Below, piece after piece: positions 58,838 through 64,000 of a DNA stretch of 64,000 nt. Below the pieces are notes generated by a model that was not told where the DNA came from, made no database searches, and saw only the letters and a program-made list of their open reading frames with translations. Origin of the DNA: an uncultured Actinomycetes bacterium (GTDB lineage Bacteria; Actinomycetota; Thermoleophilia; RBG-16-64-13); assembly GCA_963706025.1 (NCBI GenBank), contig CAVPLM010000005.1:320001-384000 (forward strand), read 5' to 3'. Numbering within the stretch: the first letter of the stretch is position 1; each line of letters opens with the position of its first letter. The position numbers and the translations under genes were made by a program.

Positions 58838-59569
58838 TCAGCCCGCGCCGGAAGACCGGCGAAGGCCCTGCACCTCCGCCGGAGAAAGAGGGCGGACTTG
58901 CCCAAGCGCAAGACCTGCGTCGCATAGCCCGTCGAAGCGGCTTCTGTGAAGTGCTATCACGCGGTGCCCGACTGTCTCGAGCATCCGCCGCACTTGGCGC
59001 TTGCGCCCTTCGTGGATGACGACGCGCAGAGTGCTGCTGGTGCTCCCGGTTCTCGACCGGCCGCTTGACACCAGCTCAACCGTGGCCGGCGCCGTCTTGC
59101 CGTCGTCGAGAACGACGCCGTGGCGCAACTGTTCCAGACTCGATCCATCGACTACCCCGCGGACTGTGACCAGATACTCCTTCTCCACCTCATACCGAGG
59201 ATGGAGGAGCTGTGCGGCCAACTCGCCGTCGTTGGTGAGTATCAGCAGCCCCGAGCTGTTCAGATCGAGCCTGCCCACAGGGAAGACACGCGCACGAGCC
59301 GGCACACACTCGACCACTGTGGGCCGGCCCCGAGCGTCGAAGGCGGCGCTCAGGATCCCGGGCGGCTTGTTGAGTAGCCAGTATTCCTTCTTCTGGCGGG
59401 TCACCCGCCGACCGTCGACCAGCACTGCCTGTGAATCCGGATCGATGGACGCTCCCAGTTCAGCCTTTCTCCCGTCCACCGTCACCCGCCCGGTGCGGAT
59501 GAGCTCCTCGCAGCGCCGTCGCGAACCCAGCCCGGCTTCAGCGAGGAACTTCTGCAGGCGCTCGGTCAT
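58838..59569 (-). CDS. rluB: rRNA pseudouridine synthase (RluB/RsuA family)
   Basis: S4 domain RLQKFLA, GRLD, HPRY, EGRKRQVRRM. Confidence 0.9.
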   Translation of the reverse strand: MTERLQKFLAEAGLGSRRRCEELIRTGRVTVDGRKAELGASIDPDSQAVLVDGRRVTRQKKEYWLLNKPPGILSAAFDARGRPTVVECVPARARVFPVGRLDLNSSGLLILTNDGELAAQLLHPRYEVEKEYLVTVRGVVDGSSLEQLRHGVVLDDGKTAPATVELVSSGRSRTGSTSSTLRVVIHEGRKRQVRRMLETVGHRVIALHRSRFDGLCDAGLALGQVRPLSPAEVQGLRRSSGAG

Positions 59570-60183
59570 TCCGGCACGGAGAGCATCCCCAGCCGGCGAC
59601 GTAGATCGTCCTTCTGAGAATCGTTTAGAGAAAAGCCCTCCAGTTCGGGAAGCTCGTCAAGGCCGGAAAGGCCGAACATGGCCTCGAACCGCGGGGTGGT
59701 CCCGTACAGGATCGCGCCTCCCCCAGTCGGCGAGCGACCGACCTCGGTGATGAATTCCCTTTCGAGTAGAGTATGGACAGGAGAGTCGGAGTTGACCCCG
59801 CGGACCTCGGCTATCTGGGGCCGGGACACCGGCTGCAGATAGGCCACGATGGCCAGTGTTTCCACGGCTGCAGGCGAGAGACTGCTGGCGTCCTCGGGAA
59901 GCTCGAAGAGCGCGGAGACCGCGGTCTGGCAGCGAGGGTTGGTGCGAAAGGCCCACCCTCCGGCCAGGCGCACGAGCTCGAAGCCTCTCTCCCCCTGCGG
60001 CGGGAACTCGTCCGCCAGGGAACCAAGGATCTCCTCCACGACGTCGCGGTCGACAGGCTCCTGCAGGGACAGAGCCTGCAGGATGACCTCCGTGGAGAGC
60101 GGCGTGCCGGACGCGAAAACAACGGCCTCGACATCGCGCTTCAAGGCCTTCAGTGTGGCGTCATCAATCCTGGGGTTGCTCAT
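59566..60183 (-). CDS. scpB: SMC-Scp complex subunit ScpB
   Basis: LSPAAVETLAIVAYLQPVSR, RGVNS, YGTT..F. Confidence 0.95.
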   Translation of the reverse strand: MSNPRIDDATLKALKRDVEAVVFASGTPLSTEVILQALSLQEPVDRDVVEEILGSLADEFPPQGERGFELVRLAGGWAFRTNPRCQTAVSALFELPEDASSLSPAAVETLAIVAYLQPVSRPQIAEVRGVNSDSPVHTLLEREFITEVGRSPTGGGAILYGTTPRFEAMFGLSGLDELPELEGFSLNDSQKDDLRRRLGMLSVPE

Positions 60184-60192
60184 AGGTGCTCC

Positions 60193-60933
60193 TCACGCGG
60201 TCTCGCGGGTCGCCTGCGCAATCACCACGATATCGCCGAAAGGTCTGGACTGGGAGACCCGCACCTCGCCCCGCGATACGAGCTCGAGAAGAGCGAACAA
60301 AGACAACGCCTGAACGAGAGGCTCCTCTCCACCGAAAATGCTGTTGAAAGAGAGCCGGCCCTTCTTGGCCAGTACCCTCCGGATGATACTTATCTGACGA
60401 CGCAGTTCCACCTTGATCTGAGCGATGTGGCCCGTGTCGGGGTCGCGTTTGCTCCCAACAAGCCGGACGAGGCAATCGTGTAATTCCATGACGTCCCCGG
60501 TACCGGCGATGTCCTCCAAAGCGGGCAGTCTGCGCCGTGGGTGGGCGGCCGGCGCGCGCAGCAAAGCAGCAGCGGCGGCCTCGGCCGATTCGCGAAGCTG
60601 GACGGCTGCGGATCTGAACTTGCTGTATTCGAATAGCCGGGAAAGCAGCTGTTCACGAGCCTCTTCGGGCGATAGCTCGGTCTCGACTTCTGGGTACGCC
60701 TCGGGGAGCAAGAGACGGGACTTGACCTCCAGCAGCAGGCTCATGAGGATCAGGAACTCGGTCATCTCCTCCCAGTACTGTGTGGCGCCGCTCTCCTCCG
60801 TGGCCTCCAGATAGGCCAGGATGACGTCGAGGAGAGGGACCTCCAGGAGGTCGATCTCTTCCTTGAGGACCAGGGACAAGAGCAGGTCGAAAGGCCCCTG
60901 GTAAACGTCGAGATCGAGTTCAAGCGCTCTCAG
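60193..60933 (-). CDS. scpA: Segregation/condensation protein ScpA (probable CTG start at 60933)
   Basis: In-frame ELDLDVYQGPFDLLL upstream of the track ORF. KSRLLLP, FALLEL. Confidence 0.9.
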   Translation of the reverse strand: MRALELDLDVYQGPFDLLLSLVLKEEIDLLEVPLLDVILAYLEATEESGATQYWEEMTEFLILMSLLLEVKSRLLLPEAYPEVETELSPEEAREQLLSRLFEYSKFRSAAVQLRESAEAAAAALLRAPAAHPRRRLPALEDIAGTGDVMELHDCLVRLVGSKRDPDTGHIAQIKVELRRQISIIRRVLAKKGRLSFNSIFGGEEPLVQALSLFALLELVSRGEVRVSQSRPFGDIVVIAQATRETA

Positions 60934-60996
60934 AGGGACCTCGCTCCTTCGTGCCTGGGTCGCAGGATCATGACGACCTCGTTCTAGACCACGCCT

Positions 60997-61650
60997 CTAC
61001 TCATAGGCGGGCAAGAGGGCGCGGAACAGCGCTATGTAACCGTCGCTCATCTGGTCGCCCAGCGCCGAACTCTGAATCAGGACCAGGAGGATGACGATTA
61101 TGAATATCCCGTAGCGGTCGATGCCGACCCAGACGTCGTACGCCCGCTTGGGCAAGAAGCCTCCCACGATCCTCGATCCGTCAAGAGGCGGTACCGGGAT
61201 GAGATTGAAGATCCCCAGCACCACGTTCACCTGCAGAGCGAGGAAAAGGAGCGTGAAGAGCCATTCCCGCACATCCCCGGGCTGATTCAGGACGGGTTCG
61301 AGTAGATTGAGCACCACCGCGAAAATAATGGCGAGCACGAAGTTGGTCAACGGGCCCGCGAGACCGACCAGCATCATCCCTCTTTGCCGGCTCTTGAAGT
61401 AGTACGGGGACACCGGGATCGGCTTCGCCCACCCGAAGATGAAACCTCCGGGGATCATGGCCGTGATGAAGAACATAGCCGTACCCAGCGGATCCAGGTG
61501 TCTCATTGGGTTGAGGGTCAGGCGCCCGCGTATCTTGGCCGTCGGATCGCCCAGTCTGTAGGCAGTCAATCCGTGGGCCAGCTCGTGGAGGGTCATTGAG
61601 AACACGAGCACCGGTATCAGAGTTGCGAGCAGAAGCCAGTCTATGTTCAT
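60997..61650 (-). CDS. Site-2 protease (M50) family metalloprotease
   Basis: HELAH, GRLTLNP, AGPLTN, NLIPVPPLDG. Confidence 0.93.
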   Translation of the reverse strand: MNIDWLLLATLIPVLVFSMTLHELAHGLTAYRLGDPTAKIRGRLTLNPMRHLDPLGTAMFFITAMIPGGFIFGWAKPIPVSPYYFKSRQRGMMLVGLAGPLTNFVLAIIFAVVLNLLEPVLNQPGDVREWLFTLLFLALQVNVVLGIFNLIPVPPLDGSRIVGGFLPKRAYDVWVGIDRYGIFIIVILLVLIQSSALGDQMSDGYIALFRALLPAYE

Positions 61651-64000
61651 CTAGCCTTCTCCACCATCTGTCGTGCCGCCTCCAACTCGCCCTCCCTGCC
61701 TTTGATGATCTCGTCCACCCGCAACTCCTTCAATCGCTCCAGAATGCGACCCAGTGCGGGTCCCTTCTTCACGCCCAGGGCCAGCAGGTCGTCCCCGGTG
61801 ACGCTGAGCGTCCGGTGACGGATGTCCACGAGGTACCGGCACACTCGAGTGAAGACCGGCCCGGGCTCCATACCGGCCAGAGCGAAAACCAGCGCCTCCA
61901 CGGGCGTGGTACGGAGCGCCCGGCATATCTCCCAATCGCTCATGTCATCGTTGGCCAAACGGTCGGCGAGCAGAGGTCCCACCACGACCGCGGCGCGCAC
62001 CACGGCACTGTCCGACCGCTTGAGCTTCAGCCTGTCGAGCCACAGGTACAGCTCCTCGTGACTCATGTTGCGGGTGACCGCGGCCAACCGCAGCCGCCAG
62101 CTTATCACCTCTCCGACAAGTCCTAGCTCCGTCACGAGATGGTCCATCCTCTTCACGAGCGTGATGGTCTTGGCTCCCGTGGCCAGCTTGGGATGGACCT
62201 CGCGGGCCACACCCAGATCGAACAACCGTCCCAGTGTCCATTCCACGTCGGACTCGCTCAGCAGGGGGATGAGTTCCTCCCGCAGGCGGACGCTGGACAG
62301 ATCTCCGACCAGGTGCATGTCCACACAGCTCTTGGCAAAGGCCTTGGTCTGCTCATCCATGCGGAAGCCGTAGCGGTTCTCGTAGCGCACCGCGCGAAAG
62401 ATACGGGTGGGGTCCTCGATGAAGCTCAGGTTGTGGAGCACCCGGATGACTCCCTCCCGCAGGTCTCGGTACCCACCGAAGAAGTCGATCACGGCGCCGA
62501 AGTCGCCTCCCCGCAGGGAGACGGCCATGGCGTTGATCGTGAAATCACGCCGAAAGAGGTCTTGACGGATGGAAGCGTGCTCCACGCGGGGCAACGCCGC
62601 CGGGTAGTCGTAGAACTCAGTCCGGGTAGTGGCCACGTCGACGTGGAAGGGCTCGCCCGCAGAGCGGAGCCAGGTTAGAGCTCCGCCTAGGACGGCGGGC
62701 GGCAACAGCACGACCGCCGTCTTGAACTTCCGGTGCGTCCGCACCCTGCCTCCGAGTTGTGCGGCCAGGCGAGTGGCGAACTGTATGCCGTCTCCCTCCA
62801 CCGCGACGTCCACATCGACGTTGGGCTGCTCGATAAGGAGATCACGGACGAATCCCCCCACCAGATACACTCCCGCGAAATCCTCCGACAAGGCCGAACA
62901 AGCTCGAAAAAGCGGTCCGAAGAACGGGTGATCGGCGAGAGCCTGCATGGTGTATACGTGGACCTCTGCCGCCTGGGCCTCCTCTTGCTCCCATCGTCCC
63001 TGGTAGGCGGCGAGGACGTCGGTGCGGGTAGCGATACCGATGACGTCCTCCACGCGGGCGGTCTGCGTGGCCAGGGTGAAGTCGTACCCTTCGTCGGTCA
63101 CTACGGGGACTCGGCCGACGTTCCCCTCCACCATGATGCGGCGCAATTCATCCACTGTGGTGTTGGAACGGGCGAAGGTGATGCTCCTGGTCATGACGCC
63201 TTTCACGGGAGCATGCCCCAGACCATGGCGCATAGCCTTGTCGAGGTCGCGGCGGGCCACTATGCCCACCACCCGGCCGGCCTCCTGGACGCAGATGCCG
63301 GAGTGGCCATAACGTTGGGCGGTGACCAGGGCATCGGTGACCGGGGTATCGGCGTCGATGAAACGCACCGGACGGCTCATGATCTCTCCGGCGCTGGGCA
63401 CCCCCAGATTGGTCTGGCCAAGGGTCTCGAGTAGCGCGGCGATAACTTCGTGTGGGGTCTTGTCCCGGGTCACGGCGGAGGCCGCCTGGGCGTGACCTCC
63501 TCCCGCGATGGTCTCCAAGAGGGCGCCCACATCCACCGACCCGGCTCGTGAACGCGCGGTGACGAACACCCTGTCCATCATGCCGACCGCTTGGATCAGG
63601 ACCTCCGCGTTCACGAGCTCCATGAGCTTGTGCGCGATGATGCTCAGCCCATCCACGTAGGCGGGCATGTCGACATTGACGACATGTACGTCGATGCCAC
63701 GCACTCTCTCGACCACGACGGCGTCGACCATCCGCATGAGCACCTCCCGTTGTTCTCTGGTGAGAGCGCTGTGCAGGTAGCGTTCGATCAGAGCCTGCGA
63801 GGCTCCCAGGCGCATGCAGGCCGCGAGCATTTCGGCGTCGCGGATGGTAGTCCGTGGATAGGTCAGTGAGCCCGTGTCTTCGTGGATGCCCAGGGCGAAG
63901 ATGGTGGCCTCCAGGCGGGGGATCTCCACGTCGCGCTCGCGGAGGATGTGGAGCATGGAGGTGGCCTGCGAACCGTCGGTGGAAAGGACCCAGTTCTCGC
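61647..64000 (-). CDS. DHH/CBS-domain tRNA nucleotidyltransferase (A-adding-type architecture), 5' truncated
   Basis: EDTGSL and GGGH (DHH/DHHA1), CBS pair, GGFVRD, DVD, RRDFTINAM, EDPTR. Confidence 0.9.
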   Translation of the reverse strand, partial: ENWVLSTDGSQATSMLHILRERDVEIPRLEATIFALGIHEDTGSLTYPRTTIRDAEMLAACMRLGASQALIERYLHSALTREQREVLMRMVDAVVVERVRGIDVHVVNVDMPAYVDGLSIIAHKLMELVNAEVLIQAVGMMDRVFVTARSRAGSVDVGALLETIAGGGHAQAASAVTRDKTPHEVIAALLETLGQTNLGVPSAGEIMSRPVRFIDADTPVTDALVTAQRYGHSGICVQEAGRVVGIVARRDLDKAMRHGLGHAPVKGVMTRSITFARSNTTVDELRRIMVEGNVGRVPVVTDEGYDFTLATQTARVEDVIGIATRTDVLAAYQGRWEQEEAQAAEVHVYTMQALADHPFFGPLFRACSALSEDFAGVYLVGGFVRDLLIEQPNVDVDVAVEGDGIQFATRLAAQLGGRVRTHRKFKTAVVLLPPAVLGGALTWLRSAGEPFHVDVATTRTEFYDYPAALPRVEHASIRQDLFRRDFTINAMAVSLRGGDFGAVIDFFGGYRDLREGVIRVLHNLSFIEDPTRIFRAVRYENRYGFRMDEQTKAFAKSCVDMHLVGDLSSVRLREELIPLLSESDVEWTLGRLFDLGVAREVHPKLATGAKTITLVKRMDHLVTELGLVGEVISWRLRLAAVTRNMSHEELYLWLDRLKLKRSDSAVVRAAVVVGPLLADRLANDDMSDWEICRALRTTPVEALVFALAGMEPGPVFTRVCRYLVDIRHRTLSVTGDDLLALGVKKGPALGRILERLKELRVDEIIKGREGELEAARQMVEKAR

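Noticed and set aside
1-64000. CRISPR arrays, IS elements, prophage, defence or retron-like systems
   Set aside because: No spaced repeats, transposases, integrases or reverse transcriptases seen. Intergenic gaps are short.

Overview
High-GC bacterial chromosomal core region, most consistent with a deep-branching actinobacterium (Thermoleophilia-like). This is inferred from a single-motif RsiG, the gcvH-FHA-FtsR locus and an actinobacterial-type dif. Genes run on + from 1 to ~43.7 kb: fakAB-recG-rsmD-coaD-yceD-rpmF, EF-G2, rubredoxin, RpiR, yebC-ruvCAB-queH-queA-tgt-yajC-secDF, phasin-ubiB, recJ-rel-hisS-aspS, 6S RNA, IscU-MnmA fusion, SigB module, alaS-ruvX-mltG-aroE-pilBTC. After ~44 kb almost all genes run on -: apt, ftsR, FHA, rsiG, gcvH, mpg/PMM, tRNA-Pro, plsY-der-ispH-cmk/plsC-aroA-aroF-hisC-rluB-scpBA, site-2 protease, CBS tRNA nucleotidyltransferase. 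The two blocks converge on a XerCD dif-like site at 43797-43824, so the window probably spans the replication terminus. Six genes carry single-base homopolymer indels that look like sequencing errors. No mobile elements or CRISPR arrays were seen. The most notable items are the c-di-GMP/type IV pilus/MglAB neighbourhood around dif, the IscU-MnmA fusion and a canonical 6S RNA.
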